Positions 19,960-32,717 are shown, counted from the stretch's first letter. The stretch: DNA of 64,000 nt from an uncultured Verrucomicrobiae bacterium (GCA_963815455.1 CAWFGO010000001.1:160001-224000); one strand, 5' to 3'. Program-made: numbers and translations. The notes: generated by a model from the sequence alone, not told the origin.

Positions 19960-21272
19960 TTACGATGCCTGCGCCGCATTCGTCGGCTCGGCGCGTTTGC
20001 CGGTAAGATGGCCGTTTCCGATGGTCACGCCGTTAAACGCGACCGTCTCGCTTCCTCTTCCGGTCGGTTTCGGTTTCGCCCCGAAATTGAATTTGATCGT
20101 TTTCCAGGTATCGCCGCGCTGGGCTTGCAGGCCGAGGCTGGCGGTCGGCTCGTAGCCGCAGTGCACCATGCAATTTTCGCAACGCGGATCGCGGGCCACG
20201 CCGTCCACGACGCCGTATTTGTCCCACTCCACTTTCTCGAGCAATTCTGCGTAGCTCGAATAATGGGCGTCGGTCATGAGATAGCAGGGGCCTTTCCAGC
20301 CGCGAATGTTGCGGGTCGGAATCGCCCAAGCGGAGCAGGTCAAATCGCGTTTGCCGGCGAGAAATTCGAAATAGATCGGCGTCCCGAGAAAGGTATACCG
20401 CTTCATCCAATCCTCGATCTTCCGGAACTTCTCGACCGTCATCTTGCGGGTGAGGAAGAAATTCTCCGGGCTGCAAATTGAGCCGCTTGATCATGTCCTT
20501 CTTGGCGGCGTCGTATTCGTAGCCGGGCGAGATGGTGTGGCCATCCACGCCGAGATCGGAGAGATAATCGAACATCTGCTCGACCTCCTGCATGTCGGTT
20601 TCCTTATAAATGGTCGTGTTCGTCGCGACTTGATAGCCGAGAATTTTCGCCATCTTGATGGCGAGAATGCATTCCTTGAACACGCCTTCACGCTCGACGA
20701 TGAGATCGTGGATCCGCTCCAAGCCCGTCGAGGTGCACGTTCCAATACATCCATTTGCTCGGCCCGATCGTTGCCTTCGCCGGATCTTTCGGTCCCTTGC
20801 GAATTTCGGCGGCGTCTTTTTCAGAAATCAGACCCTTGGCGAGCAGGATGTCGATCTTCTCCTGCCAAGCTTTCCCGATTCCCGTTTTGCGCGTTCGCCC
20901 AAGTTCCGCCGCCAGCCATTCCCGCATTTTCTTGCGCATGAACATGGCGTTCGTGCAGATGTAAACGATCCGGCCCTGGTCGAGCAGCCCGTCCACGAGC
21001 GCTTCGATGTGCGGATAAATCAGCGGTTCGCCGCCGCAAATGGAAACCATCGGCGCGTTGCACTCCTTTGCCGCGCCCAGACAATCTTCCAGGCTCATCA
21101 TGTCCTTGAGCGAAGTCGAGTATTCGCGGATCCGTCCGCAGCCGGTGCAGGTGAGGTTGCAGGTGTGCAGTGGCTCGAGCTGCAGCACGGTGGCGAACTT
21201 CTTCGTGCCGCGGAGTTTATGGCCGATCATGTAGGCGGCGATCTTCGTGGTCAATGGGAGGGGAAATCTCAT
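19960..21272 (-). CDS. hpnH: Hopanoid radical SAM adenosylhopane synthase HpnH (frameshifts near 20720 and 20470)
   Basis: LEPLHTCNLTCTGCGRI (CxxxCxxC), VSICGGEPL, ISPGYEY and CENCMVHCGYE. Directly upstream of shc. Confidence 0.9.
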
Positions 21273-21475
21273 AGAAGCGAGGATAGTAACAAGGCTCGCC
21301 AGTGTGTCAATAGAGGCGGATCGACGCCCAATTTGCAGGTACTTCGGCTGCGGCAACCGGTATGGATGCTTTCCATGTTTTTGGCGGCAAATTATCGTGC
21401 GCGACTGCGATTAGGTTTCATGGTTAAATAGGTCATAACCGAGGAAACCTCGGCAGACGAAACCAAGGACAAGAT

Positions 21476-21853
21476 ATGAAACAACTATTGGCATTACTAT
21501 TCGCCGGCGGCCTCATTGGCTGCGAAGAGCAGTCTCAACCGATCATGACCGGTGGGCCCAATTATCCCTATGCCGCTTATTCCACGCGGGCTGAGGTGAC
21601 CTATCCAACGAACACCGTTTACGCGAGCTGGAGCACTGCAGCTTTACAAAAAAAGCGTCTCGACCTCTACGCAATGCTGCCGCAAACCCAGACCCGAAAC
21701 CAGGTGCCGGTATACATCACGTCTGGACCGCAGCTGCCGCAGCAGGATGAGATCCGGAAGATCGAAGCCGAGCTGAACAAACGCTACAAAGCGGGCGACA
21801 AAACGGCGGAACTAAAAGAGTGGTGGCCAAGAAGCCGCCGGCACATTAGCTAG
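21476..21853 (+). CDS. Hypothetical lipoprotein
   Basis: Lipobox LIGC after a hydrophobic stretch. AAGGA RBS upstream. Confidence 0.7.
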   Translation: MKQLLALLFAGGLIGCEEQSQPIMTGGPNYPYAAYSTRAEVTYPTNTVYASWSTAALQKKRLDLYAMLPQTQTRNQVPVYITSGPQLPQQDEIRKIEAELNKRYKAGDKTAELKEWWPRSRRHIS

Positions 21854-21926
21854 CATCGACAGCCGTCGAGGAATTGGTCCTAGAGGACAATCCGCGGTGC
21901 CTGCCACGCCATTGTCAGACAGTGCC

Positions 21927-21966
21927 GCGGGATCCTTCGACTTCGCTTCGCTCTGCTCAGGATGAC
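21927..21966. repeat. Right arm of a GTCAT...ATGAC element
   Basis: GGATCCTTCGACTTCGCTTCGCTCTGCTCAGGATGAC. Confidence 0.7.
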
Positions 21967-21989
21967 AGCGCCCACTGGTGATTTGTGTT

Positions 21990-22562
21990 TCACGTGCCCT
22001 GCCAGCCGCGCCGGATCAGGCTGATGGCGATGGCGGCGAGCAGGAGCGCAATGATTTTCGACACGCCGCGCAGACCCTGCCGGCCCATCAAGCGCGAGAA
22101 CCGATCGGCATTGCAAAGGGCAACCGCGACCAGGGCGAGATTCACGATGAGCGATACCAGGGTGTAAACGAGCCCGACGCTGTCCACCAAAATCAATAAC
22201 GCCGTCAGCAGCGCCGGCCCGGCGATTAACGGCATCCCAAGCGGTACGACGCCGAATTCGTCGCTGCCCCCGCGATCCTGCGGCCCGATCCCGACCAGCT
22301 CGCGCACGGCCAGAAGAAGCAGAATCAAACCGCCCGCCACTTGAAAATCGGCCACGGTAATTCCCAGTGCGGCGAAAATAATTTTGCCGAGAAAAATAAA
22401 ACCGACCGCGACGCACAGGGCGGTCAAAATCCCGAGAAATGCCTGGTGTTTGCGATGTTCGCGGGAAGCGTCGGTGCCCAGGCCCATGAAAATGGCCACC
22501 AAGCCGATTGGATCGACCGCGACAAAAATCGGAATGAAAGCGAGGAAAAACTTGTCGATCAT
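21990..22562 (-). CDS. MarC family membrane protein
   Basis: FIPIFVAVDPIG, DFQVAGGLIL and VVPLGMPLIAGP motifs. Confidence 0.9.
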   Translation of the reverse strand: MIDKFFLAFIPIFVAVDPIGLVAIFMGLGTDASREHRKHQAFLGILTALCVAVGFIFLGKIIFAALGITVADFQVAGGLILLLLAVRELVGIGPQDRGGSDEFGVVPLGMPLIAGPALLTALLILVDSVGLVYTLVSLIVNLALVAVALCNADRFSRLMGRQGLRGVSKIIALLLAAIAISLIRRGWQGT

Positions 22563-22627
22563 GTCGGCTCCAGCTTGTTGATCGCGCCAGCCTGAGTCGA
22601 GACATCTCTGCGTTTTCAACATTCGTC

Positions 22628-22728
22628 GGCTCGACAGAGTCTCGCCCTACCAGCCGTCATGTCGAGCGGAGTCGAGACATCCCGTCGCCAGTTCTTCAGC
22701 GGGATTCCTCGACTTCCCTCGGAATGAC
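22628..22728. repeat. REP arm (GGCTCGACAGAGTCTCGCCCTACC) followed by a GTCAT...ATGAC element
   Basis: The arm recurs at 24837-24860. The element spans 22656-22728. Confidence 0.7.
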
Positions 22729-22747
22729 GTAAATTCACGCGCTTCGC

Positions 22748-24866
22748 ATGAAGAATCTCGCACTCTTTCTCGGTTCTCTGCTTTTCGTTGTCGATGTTCT
22801 GGGCGCGGAACTGAGGAAGATCGACGACTTCCAATCTGCTGCGGCAAAAGCCGATCGCGCCTTGGCGATTCCAGATTGGGAACAAACGCCGGAGGCAATC
22901 ACGAATGCCATGAAAGACGCGATCGCGAAGGCGAATGCCGCCTTGGATCGAATCGGAAAACAAGATCCGGCCAAACTCACATTCGAAAACACGGTCGGCG
23001 CGCTGGAAGAGTTGCGGGCGGAAACAGCCGCGGTAACCAATCGCGCGGGACTGATCAGCCAAACAAATCCCGACGAAGCGATGCGTGCCGCCGCTGAAAG
23101 CGCGATGCAATCGTTTCAGGAATGGAATGTCGGCATTGATTATCGCGACGACGTTTACAACGCGATCAAAGCGGTCGCGGCAGAAAAGCCGAGGCTCATC
23201 GGTGAAGATGAAAAACTAATGCGCGAGACATTGCGGGATTATCACCGGGCCGGAATGGATCTGGCACCGGATCAGAGAAAAGAAATTCAGAGCTGGCGAA
23301 GAGAGCTTTCAAAACTCGCGACTGAATTCGGCAGCAATCTTTTTGCGGCAAAAGCGCCCGTAATTTTGACCAAGGCGGAATTTGACGGTCTTCCCAACGA
23401 TTTCTTTTCATCGCCGGGAATCAAGATCGACAACGATCGTTACCAGGTGATGGCAAACGCGATGTGGCAATACAATTCCGTCGAAGACAATGCGCGCGAC
23501 GAGAACACGCGCAAAAAGCTCTACGTTGCTCACGACTCGCTGGCGAAGGAAAAGAACGTTCCGGTGATCAATCGAATGCTGACGCTGCGCAACAAGATTG
23601 CGTTGCGTCTCGGTTACAAGTCGTGGGCGGATTACCAGGCCGAAGTGCGAATGGCAAAAACCGCCGATACTGCCCGGCATTACATCGACAATCTTGCGAG
23701 CGGAATCGACCCGAAATTTCAAAAGGAGCTGCACGAATTGCAGCGGTTGAAAGCAGCCGATACGCACAATCCCGCCGCGAAGATCGACATCTGGGATTGG
23801 CGTTATTACACAAACCAGCTCAACAAGGAAAAATTCAATGTCGATAAGGAATCGCTCCGCATTTTTTTCCCGTTTCAGCAAACCCTGGATGGCATGTTCG
23901 CAATTTTCGCGCGCGTTTTCGGAATTCGGTTCGATCAAATCGATGCCCCCCGGAACTGGACCGACGATCTCCGGCTCTACGTCGTTTCCGATCAGGCCAC
24001 CAATGCGCCGCTTGGCCTTCTCTATCTCGATCTTTTTCCACGCGACGGAAAAACGGCTGGTGGCGGCGAATCTGAAATTGTTAACGGGAGACGTTTGCCG
24101 GATGGAAAATATCAGGCGCCGGTCGCCGCGATCGTGCTCAGTTTTCCGCCCGCGCATGATGGCAAGCCCTCTTTACTCAGCCATTCGGAAGCCGAAATTT
24201 TGTTTCATGAGCTCGGCCACGCGCTGCACTGCATTTTAACTCGGGCGAAATACAGCCGATTCGCCGGGACGAATGTGCCTGTCGATTTTGTGGAAGCGCC
24301 CTCGCAGATGCTCCAGAACTGGATTTGGGATAAGAAAGTTCTCGATACGTTTGCGGCCGATTATCGCGATTCATCGAAGAAGATCCCGGCAGAAACAATC
24401 GAGAAGCTTAATGACGCGAAGCTGGCCACGGCGGGCATTTTTTATCGCCGTCAATTTGCCTTCGCTTTGATGGATCTTGCCTCTGCACGGGCCGCATCCG
24501 CCGGATGAACCGTACGATTGCCTCGCAATTTCAAATCCAGTGCTTGCGCGCGTTTTTCTGCCGATCGATCCACAAACAAGTTTCATCACCAGCTTTCGCG
24601 GTTTCGACGGCTATGACGCCGGTTATTATGGATACGCCTGGTCGGACGCGATCGCCGCGGACATGGCGACCGTTTTTGAAAAGTCGCCCGGCGGTTATAT
24701 CGACAGTGAGGCCGGCGCGAGATTACGTCATGAGATCTACGAACAAGGAAGCTCACGCGACGTTTCGCTGTCGATCGAGAAGTTTCTCGGCCGCAAACAA
24801 TCCGTCGAGCCGTTCCTGAAAAAGATCGGCATCGACGGCTCGACCGAGTCTCGCCCCACCAATTAA
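22748..24866 (+). CDS. Secreted M3A metallopeptidase (thimet oligopeptidase-like), paralog A (frameshift near 24480)
   Basis: Signal peptide, LFHELGH (HExxH), DFVEAPSQMLQNW and GYDAGYYGYAWS. Confidence 0.9.
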
Positions 24867-24878
24867 TTCGGCTTTATC

Positions 24879-24920
24879 ATGAAGAATTTGCTGGATGTTT
24901 TCGGCGCTTTGTCCTACATC
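24879..24920 (+). promoter_or_regulatory. Duplicated 42-bp upstream element, copy 1
   Basis: 38/42 identical to 30650-30691. Confidence 0.6.
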
Positions 24921-24949
24921 GGCCGAAGACGGTGCACTAGCGCTCGCGT

Positions 24950-27338
24950 ATGACTGAAGACGGCGGTCGCGATTCTTACCTGGAGATCGCGCATGTCCTG
25001 TTCATCGACATCGTCGGTTACTCCAAGCTGTTGACCAACGAGCAACGCGAACGGCAGCAGGAGCTGAATCGGATCGTGCGCGAGACGGAGCATTTTCGAG
25101 CCGCCGAGGCGGCTGGCAAGCTGGTTCGCATTCCGACAGGCGACGGCATGGTGCTGGCGTTTTTCACCAGCCCGGATGCGCCAGTCCGCTGCGCGGTGGC
25201 GGTTAGCCGGGCGCTGCGTGGCAAGACGCACTTGCCTTTGCGTATGGGAATCCATAGCGGACCGGTCGACCTGGTTGAGGATGTCAACGACAAGCAAAAC
25301 CTGGCGGGGGCGGGCGTAAACATTGCCCAACGGGTGATGAACTGCGGCGACGCCGGGCATATTCTTCTCTCGGCGCGCGCCGCCGATGACCTCGCGCAAT
25401 ACGCGGAGTGGAAGGCGCAATTGCACGATATCGGCGAAGCAGAGGTGAAACACGGCGCCAAGGTGCGTGTGTTCAGCCTCTACCATGACGGTGTCGGCAA
25501 TCGCCGGCTGCCGCAGAAGCTACACCGCCAGCGACTCGTTAGGCAACGACGCATTTACCTGGCCACGGCATCGGGGGCGATCCTGCTGGTGATCCTCTCC
25601 GTGGGAACCTGGGGTTGGCAACGCCACGCCAGATCCGTTGAGAAGGCAAAGGTGGAAGCAGCGGCCAGGCGCGAAAAAAGTGTTGCCGTTCTTCCCTTTG
25701 AGAGCCTGAGCAAGGACGAGCAGAACACCGTTTTTGCCGAAGGCGTGCACCGCGAAGTGCTTTCGAATCTGGCCAAGGTGGCGGATCTCAAAGTGATCAG
25801 CCGGACCAGCGTGATGCATTACAAGCCGGGAACGGATCGTAACCTAAAGCAGATCGCGGACGAATTAAGCGTTAACTATGTGGTTGAAGGCAGCGTCCAA
25901 CGTGAAGCAAATCACATTCACGTCACGGTGGAACTGATCGACGCCAGGACGGACACGCAGGCCTGGGCGGAGAATTATGACGGCAATCTCTCGGAGGTGC
26001 TTTCGTTTCAAAGCGAAATCGCCCAGCGCATCAGTAATCAGTTAGGTGCCAAGCTCTCGCCGCGGGAAAGTACCGAGCTGGCCAGCCGGCCGACGCAGGA
26101 CCTCGCTGCGTTCGAGAGTTACATCCAGGCGCGCACTTTGATGGAAACTCCGGATCTAGAGGACGACAACCAGAAGTTCGTCGAGGACAACACCCGGGCG
26201 GTCCAGCTGCTGGAGCAGGCGGCGGCGCGGGATCCGAAGTTTGCCGGCGCGTATTGGGCCCTGACGGAGGCGAACATTCAGCTTTACCGCTCGACCGGAG
26301 CGGCGAATCCCGAATATCGCGCCCGCGCCGAAGCGCGCTTTGAAAGAAGCGCAACGTCTTGCCCCGGAAGCCGGTGAAACCTACCATGCTCAATCGCGTG
26401 TAACCTACTATGGTTACCACGATTTTACGCGCGCCCTGGCCAGCCTGGAGCAGGCCGCGAAGTCTTTGCCTAACAATGCCGACGTCACTTTGACGCGCGC
26501 ACTTCTCTATCGGCGCTTCGGCCGCTGGCAAGAAGCGTACGCGCTATTCGTTCGAGTCAGCGAACTCAATCCACGGGATCTTAGCGCCTACATCATGGCC
26601 GGCCACGCCGCCTTTTCCCTGCGCTGGTGGAGCGAGCTAGATCAAAACGTCGAGCGTTTGATAAAACACTTTCCGCGCCGGAGTCGGATCGCCCGAATTG
26701 AGCACGCGGCCACGCTGAGGATGCGAGGAGATGTGGCCGCGGGTAATAAGCAACTGGAAAGCCTGAACCTGCAAATGCCATCGGAGTTCACCCCCTCGTT
26801 TTATATTAACTTTTGGAAACGCGATTACGAAGAATGCCGCAGGCTGCTGGATCAACTGGCTAAATTTCCCGAGTTCGAGGACGAGCGATGGGACAAGGAG
26901 GTTCAGCTTGTCTTCGTTACCAAGGCTCCATTTGACGAGCAGGCTGCCCGCGTCGCGGAGAAGAAACTGGAGGAGCGCCTTCGACAGCCCATCAACCGCG
27001 AGGTAGAAGGGGACCTGAAGATCACGCTAAGCAACGTGAAAATGATCCTTGGAAAAAAAGACGAAGCAGTCCGGATTTCCGAGGAGTCGGTGAAACAGCA
27101 TCCGATATCCGAAGATGCGCTGGCCAATACTGAGCGCCTGCACCGCCTGGCCTATATGTATGTCTACGCGGGCGAACGTGAGCGCGCCTTGCAAACCTTT
27201 GCCCAACTCGTGCAAATCCCGGGGACAGGGGAGAACTACGGGACCCTGAAGTACAACCCAGTCCTGGACGAGCTGCGTAGGGATCCACGCTTCGACGAAA
27301 TCCTGAAGCAGTCGCAAAAGCCGTTTCCGCGATTGTAG
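24950..27338 (+). CDS. Class III nucleotidyl cyclase + TM + TolB-like + TPR protein (frameshift near 26340)
   Basis: HVLFIDIVGYS, TGDG, RMGIHSG, GVNIAQRV, then KSVAVLPF...KVISRTS and TPR-like repeats. Confidence 0.88.
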
Positions 27339-27451
27339 GTGTTCGCCGCCGGCAACTTATTTTGTTTGATAGGGCGAGAGTAACCTGTCATCTGTTCTTG
27401 CAGTAAACCGAACGGATCGATATTAGCCAAAGCGAAACCCGGCAATCGTGG

Positions 27452-30337
27452 GTGGGCGCGGCAAGGGGGGCCGCGCTAGGAATTGCGCTCCTCTTTCAAG
27501 CCGACGCACTGGCTCAGGAACCAGCGTTGCCGCCAAGCCTGGCCGAATCAAGCGCCTTGCCTGAGGCTGAAGTCGGCCGCGTGATCGTCACCGGCTCGAA
27601 TATTCCGACTGCGGAAGAGGTTGGCCCAAACCCGGTCGATACGTATCGGCCAGAAGACATCCAGAAACTCGGTGTCCGCACCGCCACAGATCTAACTCAG
27701 AAATTGCCGGCGGTGACCGGATTTGCCACTAACGAAAATATCGGCAACCCTGGCGACGGTCGGACGGAAGTCAACCTCCGCGGGCTTTTTCCGAAAGAGA
27801 CCCTGGTTCTGGTTGACGGGAGGCGCGTGGCCCCGGTCGGCTTGGCCATGGGCGCCTCGGTGGACATAAATCTGATTCCATTCCCGCTTGTCGATCATAT
27901 CGACATTTTGAAAGATGGCGCCTCGGCCATTTATGGATCGGACGCTGTCGGCGGGGTAGTTAATTTTATTCTGAACCATAAATTCCGCGGACTCGAAATC
28001 GAAGCTAGCTACGGGAACACCAATCTCGGCGCCTCCAACGACGCGGGCGAGCGGGAAGGTTATCTTTTAGCCGGCACCGGCGATGACAAAATGGACATCG
28101 TTGTGTTTGCGCAGGTCTATGATCGGGCCGCCATCTTCAGCCGCGACCGCGACATTTCCAGCACGGCAGATTATTCAAGATTTGGAGGAGGTGATAATCG
28201 CAGCCCCTTCTACCCCGGTCGTGTTGCTTTCCCTCCCTTCGGCCGCTTTGTCCTTCGACCCGGCTTAGACACGCCGACTCCGCATTCGGCGCCGAATCCG
28301 GCGGCATCATCTGAATACATCCCGGTGGGGTCCGCTCCATACGACTTCCAGGCATTCGACTATGCCGCGCTTACGTCGGCGATTTCCGAAGCGGATCGCC
28401 AGTACTATTACGGTTCAATCTCGCGCGATCTCTGCGACAAGTACCTGACCGTATTCGCCGACTTCAAAGTTGTTCGTTCATTTTTTAGCTCGGTACTGGC
28501 GCCAGTGCCCTTCCAGCCGGACCCATTCAAGCAGGCTGACGGTGTCACTGCGGTAAGTCCCTTTGGCATCAGTGTGCCGCTGAGCAATCCGTTTAATCCA
28601 TTCACAACGCCCACTGGCACTCTGCCCGACGGCACGCCGGTGTTTTCGTTCGTTGGTTACCGTGAACTCGGCGTCGGCGCGCGCACTTTTAAGCAAACGA
28701 CCAAGGATTATCTGTTTGACGGCGGGCTGCGCGGCAACCTGGGCGAGTTTGGGGATTACTTCAAAACGTGGAATTACGAACTTAGTTTCCGTTATAATGC
28801 AAACGATCGCCTCGTCGCTCGGCAGTGGCATCGCGAGTAAATCGGCGCTACGTGAGGCGCTGCTCGATACCAATCCGGCAACCGCATTTAATCCGTTTGG
28901 CCGCGACGCTAACACACAGGCGGCAATCAACAGAGTGCTTGTTACCCTTCAACACTCGGCGTCGCGACGCTGAGCGATGAACTGGGCTCGTTTTATGGAG
29001 ATCTGATAAAACTGCCGGCGGGCCCGCTTTCCTTCGCCTTAGGGTCGGAGCATCGGAAAGAGACCGTCAGTGATTTTCCAGACTCGCTTAACACCACCTT
29101 CAGTACGATAGGGGCGACCGATCTTGAAGCTACCCGGGCGAGCCGAGACGCCTGGTCTTGCTTTGGAGAGCTGCGCATTCCGGTCACCAGCCCGAGCTGG
29201 AATCTCCCTGGCCTTTACAGTCTCGAATTTCAAGTGGCACAGCGGATCGAGTTTTTTAGCGACTTCGGCATTACCGAAAGACCGAAGTTCTCGGTCCGTT
29301 ACCAACCATTCGACTCAAGCCTGACTCTTCGGGGAGACTATACCGAGGCCTTTCACGCTCCGAATCTGTCGGATATATCGCCCTCCGCCGCAGAGAGTTT
29401 CTTCGATGTAATCGATCCGAAATTCGGCGAGGAAGCGTTCGGGCGCGAGCTTCTTGGCGGGCAGCCTAACCTGAGGCCGGAGGTAGCCTACGGCTGGAGC
29501 TATGGCGCCGTCTGGAGTCCAAAGTTTGTGAAAGGGCTGACGCTGAGCGCGGATTTTTATCACATTGATCTCAGAGATCGTACCAATTTCATTCAGGAGC
29601 AATTTATCGTGGACAAGAATTTTGAGAGCAACGGGAGAAGATTCCCCGGCCAGGTGGTGCGCGACCCGGTCACCGGTCAAATCATCTTGATTAGAGATTT
29701 GACGCAAAACATCTCCCGGACAATCACGGAAGGAATCGATTACGAGGCAATCTACGCGCTCGACACAAACATCTTTGGCGGAACTGGTTTTGGCACTTTC
29801 ACCTTCACATTGAATGGAACTTATCTGTCGCGTTATGTTGCCGCCATCAATGTTGGTGACAAAGAGCTTGAATACTCAAACGAGCAGACCGGGTTTGCCG
29901 GATATCTGCCTCATCATCGAATCTATGCCAGCCTCTTTTATGATATCGGTGGGCTGGACGCCGGGGCCACAGTGCATTATGTCGGCCAGGGCAGTGAAGA
30001 ATTTCGCAAGGTCCGGGAGTGGACAACGGTGGACGCCATTGTCTCCTACACCTTCAAGCTCGCTGCGCCGGTAGCAGAAAACCAGATAGCAGGTGCAGCC
30101 AAGGATGGCGGCAAAACCGGTGGTGGCGACAAGAAAGTGATTCCTGTTTCGACTGCGGAATATGAGCCATGCGGCTGGAGAACCTGGTTGAACGGCACAA
30201 CGATCACCGCCGGGATGATTAATATTTTCGATCTCGACCCACCGTTCACCTCCGGCACGCTCGAAAACGGCCACGACGAGTCCAGCTTCAACATCAAAGG
30301 ACGATTCTGGTACCTGTCGCTGAAAAAGCGCTTCTAA
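27452..30337 (+). CDS. TonB-dependent receptor (frameshifts near 28805 and 28960)
   Basis: VIVTGSNI, plug NLRGL...LVLVDGRR...DGASAIYGSDAVGGVVN, beta-barrel pattern and terminal Phe (LKKRF). Confidence 0.9.
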
Positions 30338-30649
30338 TGCGCCACTTCCAAGCGCCGATGTGGTGCTTGCGCCAATTCGCTCACTCAGCGAGCGTCGGAC
30401 ACGATCGCGAGCGAGCGGAAAGAAAAACGTTTGCGTGCGGAGGTGGGATCGATGCCTGGCATACGATTCCATCGCGACGGCGTCGCTCGTTAGGTCGGCT
30501 TACTCCCATGCGCTCCGGCAGCCGCAGTTGGACTCGCCCCGGCGCTGAACACCTCGCGCAATTGCTTTGGCTCCAAACTCATCCCGCCGATTGGACCCAC
30601 CGGTGGCGCTAAGCGGCTTTAGCTAAACCAAAATAAATGCGGGGATGAA

Positions 30650-30691
30650 ATGAAGAATTTGCTGGATGTTTTGCCCGGTTTGTCCTACATC
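30650..30691 (+). promoter_or_regulatory. Duplicated 42-bp upstream element, copy 2
   Basis: 38/42 identical to 24879-24920. Confidence 0.6.
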
Positions 30692-30701
30692 CGTATCCGC
30701 A

Positions 30702-32618
30702 TTGAGCCACTTTTCCGCCGCTAAGAAAACGTTGTCGATCCTGCTGATCCTGCTCTGCGGCTCATTAATCGCTTCCGGCCAGAGCGCGGGTCGGAAGCAG
30801 GTCCCGACCGAACCGATGGAAAAATACGATCAACCGGCTGTTCCATTTTATCTTTTGCGCACTGGAGTTTCGCCGCGGATGATTTCGCAATACGGGCCGT
30901 TCACCAGTTACCAGGTGAATGTGAATGCCAATAACCAGAACATTGCCGGAGACGCGGCGAACGAGCCGAGCATTTGCGTGGACCCGAACAATCCGAACAA
31001 CAAATCGATCGGCTGGAGGCAGTTCAACAGCGTATCGTCGAATTTCCGGCAAGCCGGTTGGGCATATACCACCAACGGAGGCACGATGTGGACGTTCCCC
31101 GGCGTTCTCGAAAACAATGTTTTCCGCAGCGACCCGGTTTTGTACGCCGATGATACCGGACGCTTTTACTACCTCAGCCTTCTCCAGTCCTTTTTCGATA
31201 ACATGTGGCGTTCGCTTAATGGCGGGCAAACCTGGACGAACATCGCCCCCGCGACGGGAGGAGATAAGCAATGGTTCACCATAGATAACACCAACAGCAC
31301 AGGACATGGTTTCCAATACCAATCATGGAGCACCGCCGGTAACAATTACGGGGGCAGGCAATTCACCCGTTCCACGGACGGCGGGTTCACCTGGCTGAAT
31401 CCGATCTTTATTCCCAACTCGCCCCAGTGGGGAACGCTCGACGTGGATACGACCGGCAACCTTTTTATCGGCGGGATCAATACCAGTACGAACCAGTTTT
31501 GGTGCATTCGTTCCTCGAACGCCAAGAATGGCGCGGTAACGCCGACTTTCGACCAAAGCACCGCGTTCAGCCTGGGCGGCACGATCAATTTCTCCGGTTC
31601 GATCAATCCGGAGGGATTAGCCGGGCAACTCTTCGTGGCGGTGGACCGTTCGGGCACCAGCACGAACAACAATATTTATATGCTGGCGAGCGTGCGGCCT
31701 ACCGGCGCCTCGAATGGAACCGACGTGATGTTCGTTCGCAGCACCAACGGCGGATCGACATTCAGCTCTCCCAAGCGGGTCAATGACGACGCCGTTAACC
31801 AAAACAAATGGCACTGGTTCGGCACGCTCGCAGTCGCCCCCAATGGCCGGATCGATTGCGTCTGGTTCGACAGTCGCAACGCCGCGAACAATACCGATTC
31901 GCAGCTTTTCTATTCTTATAGCGTGGACGCCGGGGTTACCTGGAAGCAAAACGTCGCGGTCAGCAATTCGTTCAACCCGTTCCTCGGTTATCCGCAACAG
32001 AACAAGCTGGGCGATTACATCACCATGGTTTCGGATAATACCGGAGGCGATGTGGCCTATGCCGCCACGTTCAATGGCGAACAAGATGTTTACTTCATTC
32101 GCGTCGCTCCCGCATTCCCGATGGCGCAAACCGCGTTTTCCCGAAAGACCCATGGCGGCACGGGCGTTTTTGACCTGCCGCTCCCAATTAGCGGTACCGT
32201 TGGGATCGAGTGCCGCAGCGGCCCGGATTATCAGGTGATTATTAACTTCGCCGGCCCAGTCACCGTCCAGAGCGCATCGGTGGCCGCCGGTATCGGGAGC
32301 GTGAATAATTTTAGCGTGAGCGGGTCGCAGGTCACGGTCAATCTCACCGGCGTGGCGAACGCCCAGCGCGTCACCGTTACACTTGGAAACGTGAACGATG
32401 GCACAAATATCGGCGACGTTGCCGTTTCCATGGACGTGCTGCTGGGAGACACCAACGCGAACGGCGTCGTCAACGCCACCGACGTGAGTCAGGTAAAATC
32501 ATATATCGGCCAGCCGATTGACGGGACGAATTTCCGGACGGACGTGAATGCCAGCGGCGTTATCAACGCCTCCGACACGGCGATCGCCAAAGCAAACATC
32601 GGCACGTCGCTGCCATAA
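30702..32618 (+). CDS. Secreted BNR/Asp-box beta-propeller (sialidase-like) with a C-terminal SRKTHG-dockerin module
   Basis: Repeated SxxGGxTW Asp-boxes and GDTNANGVVNATD...DVNASGVINASD dockerin repeats. Start codon uncertain (TTG 30702). Confidence 0.82.
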   Translation: MSHFSAAKKTLSILLILLCGSLIASGQSAGRKQVPTEPMEKYDQPAVPFYLLRTGVSPRMISQYGPFTSYQVNVNANNQNIAGDAANEPSICVDPNNPNNKSIGWRQFNSVSSNFRQAGWAYTTNGGTMWTFPGVLENNVFRSDPVLYADDTGRFYYLSLLQSFFDNMWRSLNGGQTWTNIAPATGGDKQWFTIDNTNSTGHGFQYQSWSTAGNNYGGRQFTRSTDGGFTWLNPIFIPNSPQWGTLDVDTTGNLFIGGINTSTNQFWCIRSSNAKNGAVTPTFDQSTAFSLGGTINFSGSINPEGLAGQLFVAVDRSGTSTNNNIYMLASVRPTGASNGTDVMFVRSTNGGSTFSSPKRVNDDAVNQNKWHWFGTLAVAPNGRIDCVWFDSRNAANNTDSQLFYSYSVDAGVTWKQNVAVSNSFNPFLGYPQQNKLGDYITMVSDNTGGDVAYAATFNGEQDVYFIRVAPAFPMAQTAFSRKTHGGTGVFDLPLPISGTVGIECRSGPDYQVIINFAGPVTVQSASVAAGIGSVNNFSVSGSQVTVNLTGVANAQRVTVTLGNVNDGTNIGDVAVSMDVLLGDTNANGVVNATDVSQVKSYIGQPIDGTNFRTDVNASGVINASDTAIAKANIGTSLP

Positions 32619-32717
32619 CGAACGACCGCCGAGACCCTGTTCAGCCACGGAAATTGGATTGACATTCGATTGTCGATCTAACTACGCTCCGGTCTGTAGT
32701 GAAAGGACCCTAACCAT

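Noticed and set aside
30442..30601. Possible additional GGTGG...CCACC element after the TBDR
   Set aside because: Only the ends resemble the family and the internal stems are missing, so support is insufficient.
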